From NCBI GenBank assembly GCA_965541615.1, contig CBEUCJ010000003.1:129941-193940 (forward strand): a DNA stretch of 64,000 bases. The letters are read 5' to 3'. Every line of letters begins with the position of its first letter. The first letter of the stretch is position 1. The DNA comes from an uncultured bacterium. Its GTDB lineage: Bacteria; Omnitrophota; Gorgyraeia; Duberdicusellales; CBEUCJ01. Shown one piece after another: positions 22,066 through 31,982 of the stretch. Position numbers and translations under genes: made by a program. The notes under the pieces were generated by a model that saw only the letters and a list, made by a program, of their open reading frames with translations, searched no databases and was not told where the DNA came from.

Positions 22066-24557
22066 GTTCTGCCTACATTTATCTCCACTTTTAAAGGTAC
22101 TTTTAATTCTATTACCCTTTCCATCTTTTCTTTGACTATATTTTTTAAGTCATCTAATTCTTCTTTCTTCACATCAAATATTAATTCATCATGAATTTGA
22201 ATACAAAGTTTTGATTGCATCTTTTTCTTTTCCATCTCTTTATCTATCTCGATCATAGCTAACTTTATGATATCAGCAGCTGTTCCTTGAATAGGAAAGT
22301 TTCTAGCTGCTCTTATAGCATAGTTTCTCACTTCAGGAATTTTACTTTTTATTTGAGGTATGTACCTTCTTCTTCCTAAGAGTGTACTCACATAATTTTT
22401 TTGTAAAAGCTCTTCTAAAATCTTATCTATGAAATCTTTTACTTTAGGGTATTTAGAAAAGTATTCTTTAATAAAATCTTCTGCAGATTTTAAATCTACG
22501 TTCAATTCTTTACTTAAAGAATATGGGCCCATCCCATAAATTATTCCAAAATTTATTCTCTTGGCTCTATCTCTTAAAATAGGAGTTACATCTCTTTCTT
22601 CTACTTTGAATACTAAAGAAGCTGTGTAAGTGTGGATATCTTTATCATCAAGAAATGCTTTTATCAAATTTTCATCTCCTGAAAGATGGGCTAAAATCCT
22701 TAACTCAATCTGGGAGTAATCAGCTGACATTAAAAATCCTTCTTCAAAAGAGGATACAAAACACTCTCTGATTCTTTTGCCTAACTCTGTTTTAGAAGTA
22801 GGAATATTCTGAAGATTAGGATGTGAAGAACTTAACCTTCCAGTTGAAGTAGAAGTTTGATTAAAACACGCATGAATTTTATGTGTAGAAGGATCTAAGA
22901 AATTTAATAAAGGCTCTACATAAGTAGATTTTAATTTATTTAACTGTCTGTATTCTAAAATTAACTTAGGTAAAGGATGTTGAGAACTTAATTTTTCTAA
23001 AACTTCCTCATCTGTAGATGGACCTGTCTTTGTTTTCTTTATTACAGGTAATTTCAATTTTTCAAAAAGTAGTGTTCTTAACTGCAAAGGAGAATTTAGA
23101 TTAAAGTGAGTTCCTGCCAGAGTGTAAATCTTTTCTATTATCTTTAATGATTCTGACTCTAAGTCTTTAGCTAATTTTTTTAATCTCTCTAAATCCAACT
23201 TTATCCCATTTGACTCCATCTTTGAAAGTACTTTTACCAGGGGCATCTCTATCTTATAAAAGAGTTCTTCTTGGTTCTTTTCTTTTAAGATCTCTTTCAA
23301 TTTAAGATAAAGTTTAGAGATAAAATAAAGAGCACTTTCAACGTAAGTGTCATCTATAAATTTATCTAAATAATCAAAGACTAAATCTCTTAATTTAAAA
23401 GAAGCTCTATCAGGTCTATCTATGTAAGAAGCTAGCTCTACATCAAAATATAAGCCCCGTAAATCTATTCCTTTCTTAGATAAAAGATAACTCTGTGTTT
23501 TCAAATCATAAGATATCTTTTTGACAGAATCTGATTCTAAGAGCTCTTTTATCTCAAAAATCTTGGTCTTGTAAACAGTATCTTCTTTTAAAATGTACAC
23601 ATCTTCTAAATTAGAATTATCTAACAAGAATACTATCTCTTTCTGTAAAAGAATTTCATTTTTATTTTTATTTAAAAATTCAGTTTTTATATTCACCTTC
23701 TCTACAGGTAAAGGAGGCAATCTCTCTAAGAGTCTTTTAAACTCTAACTCAGAATAAATCTTGTATAACTTTACTAAATCTGGTGAATTTAATTTTAAAT
23801 CATCTATACAAAGACCTAACTCTACATCTTCTCTGAGCTTTGCTAATTCTTTATTTAAAAGAATCTTTTCTTTATTTTCCCAAAATATTTTTTTTAGAAC
23901 TGGGTTAAGTCTATGTAAATTATTTAAAATATTCTCTATATTTTTAAACTCTCTCAAAAGTCTTAAAGCAGTTTGATTGCCTATCCCTGGTATTTTGGGG
24001 ATGTTATCTGTAGTATCTCCTACTAATGCTAAATAGTCAGGTATACTTTGAGGTAAAATGCCCAATTCTTTAACTATAAGATTCTCATCTATCATTTTTT
24101 GTTTTAAAGGGTCGTAAACTATGACTTCTTTATTTTTTATTAGCTGCAACACATCTTTATCATTACTTACTATTATAATCAAAAGATTGGGAGAAAACTT
24201 TTTGACTAATGAACATATGAGATCATCTGCTTCAAAACCTTCTTTCTCTATTATCCTTATATTTAAAGCTTGGATTAGTCTTTTAATGTAAGGAAATTGC
24301 AATTGCAAAGCATCAGGAGTAGGTGGTCTATGGATTTTATATTCTTTAAACTTTTCTTGCCTAAAGGTTTTCTTAGAGACATCAAAACATATTCCTATAT
24401 ATTGAGGAGAAAAATCATCTAATATTTTATTTATCATATTACTGAACCCAAAGATTGCTCCTGTAGGAAATCCCCATGAAGTAGAAAGATTCTTTAAAGC
24501 ATAAAATGCACGATAACAGAAAGAGCTTCCATCTATTAAAATTAACTTCTCTTTCAT
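22047..24557 (-). CDS. polA: DNA polymerase I
   Basis: 5'-3' exonuclease N-terminus followed by family A polymerase motifs (DYSQIELR, RRxAKxxNFGxxYG, QVHDEL); 836 aa. Confidence 0.9.
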   Translation of the reverse strand: MKEKLILIDGSSFCYRAFYALKNLSTSWGFPTGAIFGFSNMINKILDDFSPQYIGICFDVSKKTFRQEKFKEYKIHRPPTPDALQLQFPYIKRLIQALNIRIIEKEGFEADDLICSLVKKFSPNLLIIIVSNDKDVLQLIKNKEVIVYDPLKQKMIDENLIVKELGILPQSIPDYLALVGDTTDNIPKIPGIGNQTALRLLREFKNIENILNNLHRLNPVLKKIFWENKEKILLNKELAKLREDVELGLCIDDLKLNSPDLVKLYKIYSELEFKRLLERLPPLPVEKVNIKTEFLNKNKNEILLQKEIVFLLDNSNLEDVYILKEDTVYKTKIFEIKELLESDSVKKISYDLKTQSYLLSKKGIDLRGLYFDVELASYIDRPDRASFKLRDLVFDYLDKFIDDTYVESALYFISKLYLKLKEILKEKNQEELFYKIEMPLVKVLSKMESNGIKLDLERLKKLAKDLESESLKIIEKIYTLAGTHFNLNSPLQLRTLLFEKLKLPVIKKTKTGPSTDEEVLEKLSSQHPLPKLILEYRQLNKLKSTYVEPLLNFLDPSTHKIHACFNQTSTSTGRLSSSHPNLQNIPTSKTELGKRIRECFVSSFEEGFLMSADYSQIELRILAHLSGDENLIKAFLDDKDIHTYTASLVFKVEERDVTPILRDRAKRINFGIIYGMGPYSLSKELNVDLKSAEDFIKEYFSKYPKVKDFIDKILEELLQKNYVSTLLGRRRYIPQIKSKIPEVRNYAIRAARNFPIQGTAADIIKLAMIEIDKEMEKKKMQSKLCIQIHDELIFDVKKEELDDLKNIVKEKMERVIELKVPLKVEINVGRTWADLK

Positions 24558-24594
24558 GAATTTTTTAAACTTTTATTTGAGAACCAGAAAAAAA

Positions 24595-25413
24595 TTACTC
24601 CTGTTCTTTTAAGATCTCTGAGACAAGTTCTAAAGCTCTCTTCAATTGTTGGCCTGCAAGTAAGTAACTGTCCTCTTCAAAGTATAAGAGGCTCTGCTGA
24701 ACATAAGTTTTAAATCTTTCTTTTATCTCCTCTTTCACACTCTTTTTATACATTTCTTTTGCTTTTTCTAAAATTTCTCTGGAAGGGCTCATCCTTATTA
24801 TCTTTTGAAATTCTCTCTTTGCCTGAGAGTACTTACCTTGATTAAAAAAACTTAAACCCATCTTGTAAAGCTCTTTTGCTTGTTCAGCTTTCTGTTGTTT
24901 TTGGTAAGAGATTTTTTTAGAAAGTTCTATCATCTCATCTTCTAATAATTCTTTTTTTAACTCAGGAAATCTTGCAGACAAAATCTTTAAATGCTGCTTT
25001 GCCTTTTCTCTCCACAATTCTCCTCTCCTACCCAATTTAAATCTTAACCTCCAGTACTTGGCTGCTTTTTCAAGATTCCCTTTTTTCTCATAGAATAAAG
25101 CTAAGTTAGAATATGCAGCTAAATTCTTAGGATTTATCTCTATAGCTTTTAAATAGTTTTCTTCTGCTTTCTTATCATCTCCTAAAGCTTCATAGACAAC
25201 GCCTAAATCATTATAAACTTCAGAAAAGTAAGGATCTATCTGAATAGCTTTCTGATAAAATCTAAGAGCAGTCTCTAAATCTCCACTTTTTTGTGCTTTT
25301 AATCCTAACTTTCTGTAATATTTGGCTTCTTCTTCTAAAAGATGGGTTTGAGCAAATATATAAAAATTCAAACTAATTAACAGAAAAAAGAAAGAAAAGA
25401 TTTTTTTTCTCAT
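24595..25413 (-). CDS. secreted TPR-repeat protein (possible PilF/PilW-like pilus assembly factor)
   Basis: N-terminal signal peptide then consecutive TPR-like repeats (AxxYYxKAIEIDP...). The PilF assignment rests on context only. Confidence 0.5.
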   Translation of the reverse strand: MRKKIFSFFFLLISLNFYIFAQTHLLEEEAKYYRKLGLKAQKSGDLETALRFYQKAIQIDPYFSEVYNDLGVVYEALGDDKKAEENYLKAIEINPKNLAAYSNLALFYEKKGNLEKAAKYWRLRFKLGRRGELWREKAKQHLKILSARFPELKKELLEDEMIELSKKISYQKQQKAEQAKELYKMGLSFFNQGKYSQAKREFQKIIRMSPSREILEKAKEMYKKSVKEEIKERFKTYVQQSLLYFEEDSYLLAGQQLKRALELVSEILKEQE

Positions 25414-25460
25414 TGTTTTAAAAATAACAAATTTCTATAAAAAGTCAAGGAAAACAAACT

Positions 25461-26540
25461 TTAATCTTTAACTTTAAGTTTCTGATAAATTCTATTATAC
25501 ATATCTATCTCTTTAAAGACTAACTTAGCTTCTGAAACTAAAGTCTCAGACATCCCTATAACTAAATAACCTCCGTCTCTTAAAGCTTTATAGAATCTAT
25601 TTAATATCTGTTCTTGCAGAGGTTTTGTAAAATATATAAATACATTTCTACATAATATCATATCTATGTTAGAAAAGTATTCTGAAGAAGTTAAATCCAA
25701 ATATCTAAACTCTACATATTTTTTTATCTCTTCTTTTAGCTGGAAACTCCCCTTTTCATAAATAAAGTATTTTTTCAAAAGCTCTTCTTCTACATTCTTC
25801 AAATCATCTGAAGAATACCTTGCCTTTTTTGCTTTATCTAAAGAATCTTTGTCTATATCTGTACCATAAATCCTTACAGGAATTTTCAAATCATCTATCT
25901 CATTTATAAGGATTGCTAAAGAATAAGCTTCTTGACCTGCAGCACAACCTGCACTCCAAATAAAAACAGGTTCATTACTCTTATTTTTCTCTTCGATAAT
26001 CTTCCTTAGAATTTCTTCAAGTCTTTTCCATAAAGGAGGGTCTCTAAAAAACTCTGAAACATTTATAGCTAAAACTTCAAAAAGTTTCTCATACTCCTGA
26101 GGAGAGTTAGCTAAAATTTTCAAATACTCTGAATAAGAGTCCACTTTGTTAGCTAAAAGTCTTAAAGCTATTCTTCTTTTCAAAACATTTTCTCTATAAT
26201 TTCTAAAATCTACTCCTCTATCTTGATAAATTTTCTCTAAAAGTCTTTTGAATGCTTCTTTTCTATCCTCTTCTATAGGATGAGGTGGATTTTTACTTAC
26301 CTCTTCTATTGTTTGATTTATTTGAATAAAAATCTCTTTGAAATACTTTTTCATAATAGCTTCTTTCTTTAAATCGTAATCATTACTCACATCTGTATAT
26401 TCAGAAGGGAATCTAGAAAGTAGTTTTTCTAACATCTTCTTTTTACACTTTTCACAAGTACAGATATCAAATCTTAACTTTAGACTCCTCTCTAAAAAAT
26501 CTTTTAATACTTCCTCTATTATATTTTTTCTATTACTCAT
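25461..26540 (-). CDS. CheR-type chemotaxis protein methyltransferase with N-terminal ComFB-like domain
   Basis: C-terminal ~270 aa carries the CheR all-alpha and MTase domains (FFRDPPLW, SAGCAAGQEAYSLAI, YGTDID, LCRNVFIYF). The N-terminal ~90 aa matches ComFB (C.C..C followed by a LEKLLSRFPSEY-type helix). Confidence 0.7.
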   Translation of the reverse strand: MSNRKNIIEEVLKDFLERSLKLRFDICTCEKCKKKMLEKLLSRFPSEYTDVSNDYDLKKEAIMKKYFKEIFIQINQTIEEVSKNPPHPIEEDRKEAFKRLLEKIYQDRGVDFRNYRENVLKRRIALRLLANKVDSYSEYLKILANSPQEYEKLFEVLAINVSEFFRDPPLWKRLEEILRKIIEEKNKSNEPVFIWSAGCAAGQEAYSLAILINEIDDLKIPVRIYGTDIDKDSLDKAKKARYSSDDLKNVEEELLKKYFIYEKGSFQLKEEIKKYVEFRYLDLTSSEYFSNIDMILCRNVFIYFTKPLQEQILNRFYKALRDGGYLVIGMSETLVSEAKLVFKEIDMYNRIYQKLKVKD

Positions 26541-27198
26541 TCTGATTTAAATCTGTAAAAGTATAGGTTACTAAATCCATTGTTATAGATTGATATGGAA
26601 GGATCTCTTCTTTTCTCTTTATCTTTATACTCTTTATTAAGGTTATCCTTTCTAATTTTAAAATATCTTTCAGAAAAGAGGTAAGATTAAAAAAATCACC
26701 TTTACAGTATATCTGAAAAGAAAGAGATTTTATTGATATTTCTTTCTGAGAAGTTGTAGTTTGTTGAGAAAACTCTGAACCAAAAACATTTTGGGATCCA
26801 GTTTGTGAAAGAGAAAAATTTTTTTTATCTTCAAAACTACTTTCAACTCCTTGAGAAGTTCCTTCAAAAGAAACTTTATCTTCTTCTTCATATTTGAACT
26901 CCATATCTTTTAATTTATGTTTAAGACCCAAAAGAGCTATCTTTTTCATTAATTTTAAAGGTACTTTTTCATTTTTAGGTACTTTTTTTTCTATTAATTT
27001 TTGTTTATTGTTATATTCAGCCAATTCCTTTTGAAAGTTTTCCCATTCTTTTTTAATCTTTTTTGCCTCATCTAATTTTTGTTGAGTATAATTTAACTGT
27101 TTTTTTAAAGAAAGATTTTCTTTAAATTGCAATATAGAAAGAAAGCTAAAGAGGATAATAAATATCACCAATATTGAAATGATAAAATTAAACTTCAT
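26533..27198 (-). CDS. type IV pilus assembly protein PilO-like
   Basis: N-terminal TM helix, long coiled coil and a C-terminal ferredoxin-like segment resembling PilO; sits downstream of pilMN. Confidence 0.5.
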   Translation of the reverse strand: MKFNFIISILVIFIILFSFLSILQFKENLSLKKQLNYTQQKLDEAKKIKKEWENFQKELAEYNNKQKLIEKKVPKNEKVPLKLMKKIALLGLKHKLKDMEFKYEEEDKVSFEGTSQGVESSFEDKKNFSLSQTGSQNVFGSEFSQQTTTSQKEISIKSLSFQIYCKGDFFNLTSFLKDILKLERITLIKSIKIKRKEEILPYQSITMDLVTYTFTDLNQNE

Positions 27199-28958
27199 TT
27201 TTTAACAATATCTGCTCTTATATTAAATTTCCTTATCTTTACAAGAGTAGAAGGCAAATTCTTTGTATTTAGATTATTAAAAGAGAACTTTTTCAACTTT
27301 GGAAAATCTACTTTCACATTTGCAAAATAAGGACTTTTCTCTAAATTTAATTTAAACTTTTTTATTATCTCTATTGCATCTTCGTATGAACTTAAAATTT
27401 GAGCTTCAATTCTTAACTTATACATTTCAGGCACATCTAATAGAACTGAAGATTCTGTTAAATTGTAGTTACTTCCTATGTAAAGAGTATCTATTAAGAC
27501 CTCTGGAGGAGTAAACCTTGCTATTTCTTTTAAGATAACAGAAAGATCAAGTTTTTTTTCCATTAACCCTTTAATCTTCTCTGATCTTTCAAAGATTAAC
27601 CTCTTTTTTTCTTTAAACTCATCTACCATTTTTACAATCTTCTTTATATCTTTTATCTCAACATTTAAATTCTTAATCATAGATTTCAACCTGTAGTTAT
27701 TAATCAAAAGATTAACATAATTTAAACAGATAAAAAAAAGAATAAAAATAAAGATTACTATAAGGATCAGTTTTCTTGCAGCTATTACCTCTCTTTTCTT
27801 TAACTCTGAAGGTAAAAAGTTTACTACTTTTAATTTCTCTCTATCTACAAGCAGACCTAAATTTACAGCTACTGCTCCTGCAAATAATGGCATAATCTCT
27901 TCTGAAAGTGTAGATGCACAAGAAACTTCAAAATATTCAAAAGGTCTCAAGATTTTACATCTTCCTCCTATCTTTTCTGTTAACATTTTAAATAACCCTT
28001 TAATTCCTAATCCCCCTCCAAAGAAAAATAAATTTCTGACTCTTTCTCCCTTTGTTAACTCTTTATAATAAATTAGACTCCTTCTAATCTCCTGAACTAT
28101 TCTTTCTATCTCTGTCTGCCAAAGCATTTTAAGTTCCAATAAGTTAATCTTTTTTCTTTTATCTTCCTTTAAAAAAGCTTCATATTTTTGGCGCATTATT
28201 TGTTCAGCTACTTCTATTCTATCTTCTAGATTTATATCTATAGTAGGTACTCCTTCTTTTTTTACAAGTTCTTCTGCTTCTTGGAAAGTTAAGTTTAAAT
28301 TCTTAGATATCTTTTGGATAATATCTTTTAATCCAAACTTAACATTCCTATAGAAATTTAATTTTCTATCCTTAGCAATGATTATATCTAAAGAATCATA
28401 ACCAATATTTATAAAAGCTGTGCTATCTGAATTTAAATCTTTTTCATATAACAAAAATAAAGGTACAACAGAACATAAAGGGGTTATCAGAGAAGGCAAA
28501 AGACCGTTTGAAAATTTAAATAGATTTAAAACTTCTTCTATATATACTCTTTCTGTTTTCAATACTAAAATCTCATAGTAAACATTTTCTTGTTTTTTTA
28601 TCTCTCTTAAAACAGCGTATTCAAATGTACTCTCAGGTCCTGGTGAAGGTATTATTTTGCGTTTTGCTTCTAAAACTACAGCTGATTTTAATTCTTTAGG
28701 TGACATCTTAGGTAACTCTATTATAGTCAAATTAGTAGACGGAGAAGGAATATTTATTCCTATTTGAGCTTTTTTAAGAACTTCTTTAGGAATATTAGAA
28801 GTTATCTTCTCAAAAAACTCTTTTGGAGCTATTTTTTCCTTTTCATATGGAGTCTCAAATAAGAAAAATTTAGAAATGCATATCTTCTTTTTCTGCACAA
28901 AACTCTGAACTACTTTTGTAAATCTTTTCCCTATATCTATTCCTATGAATGTCTTCAC
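27195..28958 (-). CDS. type IV pilus assembly protein PilM fused to PilN
   Basis: N-terminal ~370 aa is an actin-like ATPase fold (IGIDIGKRFTKVV...). It is followed by a PilN-type segment: VNFLPSELKKREVIAARK, one TM helix, then a coiled coil and periplasmic domain. Confidence 0.75.
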   Translation of the reverse strand: MKTFIGIDIGKRFTKVVQSFVQKKKICISKFFLFETPYEKEKIAPKEFFEKITSNIPKEVLKKAQIGINIPSPSTNLTIIELPKMSPKELKSAVVLEAKRKIIPSPGPESTFEYAVLREIKKQENVYYEILVLKTERVYIEEVLNLFKFSNGLLPSLITPLCSVVPLFLLYEKDLNSDSTAFINIGYDSLDIIIAKDRKLNFYRNVKFGLKDIIQKISKNLNLTFQEAEELVKKEGVPTIDINLEDRIEVAEQIMRQKYEAFLKEDKRKKINLLELKMLWQTEIERIVQEIRRSLIYYKELTKGERVRNLFFFGGGLGIKGLFKMLTEKIGGRCKILRPFEYFEVSCASTLSEEIMPLFAGAVAVNLGLLVDREKLKVVNFLPSELKKREVIAARKLILIVIFIFILFFICLNYVNLLINNYRLKSMIKNLNVEIKDIKKIVKMVDEFKEKKRLIFERSEKIKGLMEKKLDLSVILKEIARFTPPEVLIDTLYIGSNYNLTESSVLLDVPEMYKLRIEAQILSSYEDAIEIIKKFKLNLEKSPYFANVKVDFPKLKKFSFNNLNTKNLPSTLVKIRKFNIRADIVKK

Positions 28959-28964
28959 GGAATC

Positions 28965-30191
28965 TTACACCCCCATTACTCTAACCATCTTAAATATCGG
29001 TAAAAATATAGCTAAAGCTATCGTTCCTACTATAATTCCCATTATAACTATCATTATAGGTTCTGAAAGAGCGAATATCTTTTTAATGGTTGAGGAAACC
29101 TCTTTATTATAAAAATCAGCTACTCTCATTAAACTTTCTACCAAACTTCCTGAACGCTCTCCAACACTTACCATACGCACTACCATAGCAGGAAACTCTC
29201 CTGTCTCTCTTAAAGAATTTGCTAATCTTTCTCCCATATTTACACTATCTTTTGCTTTTGCTACAGCTTTTTTAAGTCTTAGATTTGTTAAGGTTTCTTT
29301 GGCTATATCTAAAGCACTCAATAAATTTATTCCTGCTCTTGAAGCTAAAGCTAAAGTATGAGAGAATCTTAACAAAGCAATTTTTCTAATTAACTCACCA
29401 AAAAGAGGAAGTTTTAATTTAATTGTATCTAAAAAATATCTGCCTTTCTCAGTAGCATTATAAGTCTTATACCCCAAGATTAATAAAAAAATAACTGCTA
29501 CTCCTATATACCAAAATCTACTTACAAAATAGCTAACATTTAACAAAATTTGAGTAAAAACAGGCAGAGATATATTTGCACTATCAAATATTAATTTAAA
29601 TTTTGGTAATACTTTTGTTACCAATAAGGATACCACTCCTACCATAACACAAAATAAAATAAAAGGGTATGTAGCTGCTTCTTTAATCCTACTCTTTAAG
29701 TCCATTTGCCATTCTAAAAAATTTGCTAAATCTCTTAAGCTCTGAGAAAGCTTACCTGTTGCTTCACCTGCACCTACAATGGCTACATACAATTTAGAAA
29801 AACTTTTAGGATGGAATGAAAAAGCCTCTTTAAGAGAATCTCCTCCTTCTACACGAGAAGCGATATCTTCAATAATTTTTTTCACCCTTTCATTTTGTGC
29901 ATCCTGAATTAAACTTTGCAAAGCTTCTAATAAAGGTAAACCTGCTTCTATTAAAGCAGCTAACTGAATAGTAAACTGAAGGATCTCTTTTTGTTTCATT
30001 TTAGGCATTTTTATTTCTAAAAATTTCTCTTGGTCGACAATTTTAAAATTGGTAAGAAAATATCCTAAACTGTGAACTTTTTCAGCTAACTCTAGTTCAT
30101 TTTCAGCATTCATTACTCCTTTAATCACTTTACCCTGATTATCTCTTGCAGTATATATGTATCTTTGCATAATCTCTAATTTTCTTTCCAA
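28965..30191 (-). CDS. pilC: type IV pilus platform protein PilC (GspF family)
   Basis: Two T2SS-F domains and 3 TM segments; 408 aa. Confidence 0.85.
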   Translation of the reverse strand: MERKLEIMQRYIYTARDNQGKVIKGVMNAENELELAEKVHSLGYFLTNFKIVDQEKFLEIKMPKMKQKEILQFTIQLAALIEAGLPLLEALQSLIQDAQNERVKKIIEDIASRVEGGDSLKEAFSFHPKSFSKLYVAIVGAGEATGKLSQSLRDLANFLEWQMDLKSRIKEAATYPFILFCVMVGVVSLLVTKVLPKFKLIFDSANISLPVFTQILLNVSYFVSRFWYIGVAVIFLLILGYKTYNATEKGRYFLDTIKLKLPLFGELIRKIALLRFSHTLALASRAGINLLSALDIAKETLTNLRLKKAVAKAKDSVNMGERLANSLRETGEFPAMVVRMVSVGERSGSLVESLMRVADFYNKEVSSTIKKIFALSEPIMIVIMGIIVGTIALAIFLPIFKMVRVMGV

Positions 30192-30592
30192 GAAGAAGAT
30201 ATCTCTTGAGGATTAGGGGTACTTACATTTCTAACTAATACCTCTACTCTTCTCTCTGCCACTATATTTCCAGAGGTATCTAATACTTGTCCTATGGCTC
30301 TGAGACGTCTTCTGTCTCCACCTATATTTTCAATATAAAAGTAGTACCTTCCTCCTCCCAAAGAATAAGGACCTACCCATGAAGGAGAAGTAACCACTCC
30401 ATTTTTTGCCTCAATCTTTGCTCTTTCTAATCCTGCCGAGGCTAAATAAAAAGCTAAAATACTCTTTTGATGCTGAAATTGAATATCAGTATGAGCTTGA
30501 AGAAGAAATCCAGCAATGGTGATTAGAAGACTTATAACTAGCAATATAATAAGAGCAAAAAACAAAACTTCTCCTTTAAAATACTTCATCAA
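30176..30592 (-). CDS. PilX-like pilus assembly protein (PilX_N-type N-terminus)
   Basis: Hydrophobic N-terminal helix followed by LAFYLASAGLERAK, resembling the PilX N-terminal domain; 138 aa. Confidence 0.4.
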   Translation of the reverse strand: MMKYFKGEVLFFALIILLVISLLITIAGFLLQAHTDIQFQHQKSILAFYLASAGLERAKIEAKNGVVTSPSWVGPYSLGGGRYYFYIENIGGDRRRLRAIGQVLDTSGNIVAERRVEVLVRNVSTPNPQEISSSWKEN

Positions 30593-31068
30593 TTCCTAGG
30601 TCTCACACTCGATTGTAAAGTGTAAGAATACCCTCCTTTTTGAAGAGTAAAGGTAATTATTACAAAATTTTTGCCTGCAGGTCTCTGAAAATTAATGTTA
30701 CTAATATATTGAGTAATTTGAGCAGTATTGGAAGCTGGTAAGCTACATCTACATCCTCCCCCTCCTTCACATCTACATAAAAGAGAATTCTGAAGAGGAT
30801 CTCTTTGATATCTAATTATACTTCCTGTTCTTGAGCGAAATCTAATAAAATCTCTGTTCCAATTTAAAGGAATAGAATTTAACTGAGCTTGCCTCAATTC
30901 ATTACACATAAATTCCATTGCCCAGTTTGCTTCTTCGAGTAATTCAATTTTATCTCTCTGTCTTTTTTGAGCTTCTTGAGTAGAAATAAAAATTCCTCCC
31001 ATCATTAATGAAATTAAAGCAAAAATAGCACTGGCTATCATTATCTCTATTAAAGTAAATGATTTCAT
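30589..31068 (-). CDS. minor pilin / pseudopilin (PilW/GspJ-like), non-canonical class III signal
   Basis: N-terminus MKS-FTLIEIMIA has the prepilin FTLIE motif with Glu at +5 but Ser, not Gly, at -1. Cys-rich C-terminal region. Confidence 0.55.
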   Translation of the reverse strand: MKSFTLIEIMIASAIFALISLMMGGIFISTQEAQKRQRDKIELLEEANWAMEFMCNELRQAQLNSIPLNWNRDFIRFRSRTGSIIRYQRDPLQNSLLCRCEGGGGCRCSLPASNTAQITQYISNINFQRPAGKNFVIITFTLQKGGYSYTLQSSVRPRN

Positions 31069-31069
31069 T

Positions 31070-31465
31070 CTAATAATTTGCTTTTAAAGTAGCAACATTA
31101 ATAAATTTGCCTCCCCCCCAAGAAATATTCACTATAACTTCTTTTAACTCAGTAGGATTCACAGGACCATCTTGAATAATCAAAGTCCTATTGTAACTAA
31201 TTCCATTTACAGAAATAGAAGAAAGAGTATAAACTCCATTATTCACTCCATCGCTTAGGCTGCCATCTACCTCATCTAACTTACCCCAATCAAAATACTC
31301 TTCTAAAGTGTATCTAGCTAAATTTAAAGCCGTTAGCTTTTCTGCAGAATTTTTGATAACACTAAATCCGTATGAAAAAATTCCTAATACCCCTCCAATA
31401 ATTAAAATTAATATAAGTAAAGAAAGAGCAACTTCTATTAAACTTAAAGCTTTTTTAGAATTCAT
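31070..31465 (-). CDS. minor pilin (PilV-like), non-canonical class III signal
   Basis: MNSKKA-LSLIEVALSLLIL has a prepilin-like hydrophobic helix with Glu at +5 and Ala at -1; 131 aa. Confidence 0.55.
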   Translation of the reverse strand: MNSKKALSLIEVALSLLILILIIGGVLGIFSYGFSVIKNSAEKLTALNLARYTLEEYFDWGKLDEVDGSLSDGVNNGVYTLSSISVNGISYNRTLIIQDGPVNPTELKEVIVNISWGGGKFINVATLKANY

Positions 31466-31923
31466 TCTATCTTTATATAGCCTGTAGAATGATATATTTT
31501 TATCTCTTGAGTTCTGTTTCCATAAGTAAGATTTATCGAAGTTTGCCCATTTGTTCCTATAGTACTATCAGCAGTTCCCCCAATACGAGCATCTGAAGAA
31601 CTGTAAAAAACTACATCAAACGGTAAACTCCCACTCACTATCCTAGCTTGCAAATTTTCGGTCCTAAGAATATTAGATGCCAGCCCACAACTATTCTGGT
31701 AAATCGTATAATTATCAGAAAAAAATCTAAGACAGTAGTTAGTGTGAGTAGCCAAAGCTTTTTCCCTTATCCAACATAAATCAGTGTATATTTTTCTTAC
31801 ATCTTTCTCTAAAATTTTAGAATCAATAACATTGAAGGATAATGCTCCCATTACTGAAATCATAGCTATTAACATTAAAGCTATAGTTACTTCTACGAGA
31901 GTTAAAGAATCTTTTCTCATCAC
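31462..31923 (-). CDS. minor pilin (FimT/GspH-like), non-canonical class III signal
   Basis: MMRKDS-LTLVEVTIAL has a prepilin-like helix with Glu at +5 and Ser at -1; 153 aa. Confidence 0.55.
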   Translation of the reverse strand: MMRKDSLTLVEVTIALMLIAMISVMGALSFNVIDSKILEKDVRKIYTDLCWIREKALATHTNYCLRFFSDNYTIYQNSCGLASNILRTENLQARIVSGSLPFDVVFYSSSDARIGGTADSTIGTNGQTSINLTYGNRTQEIKIYHSTGYIKIE

Positions 31924-31982
31924 ATAAAATATAGACTGAAAATATTAAATTTGCAAATGATTTTATTAAACTTAAAAAACTT

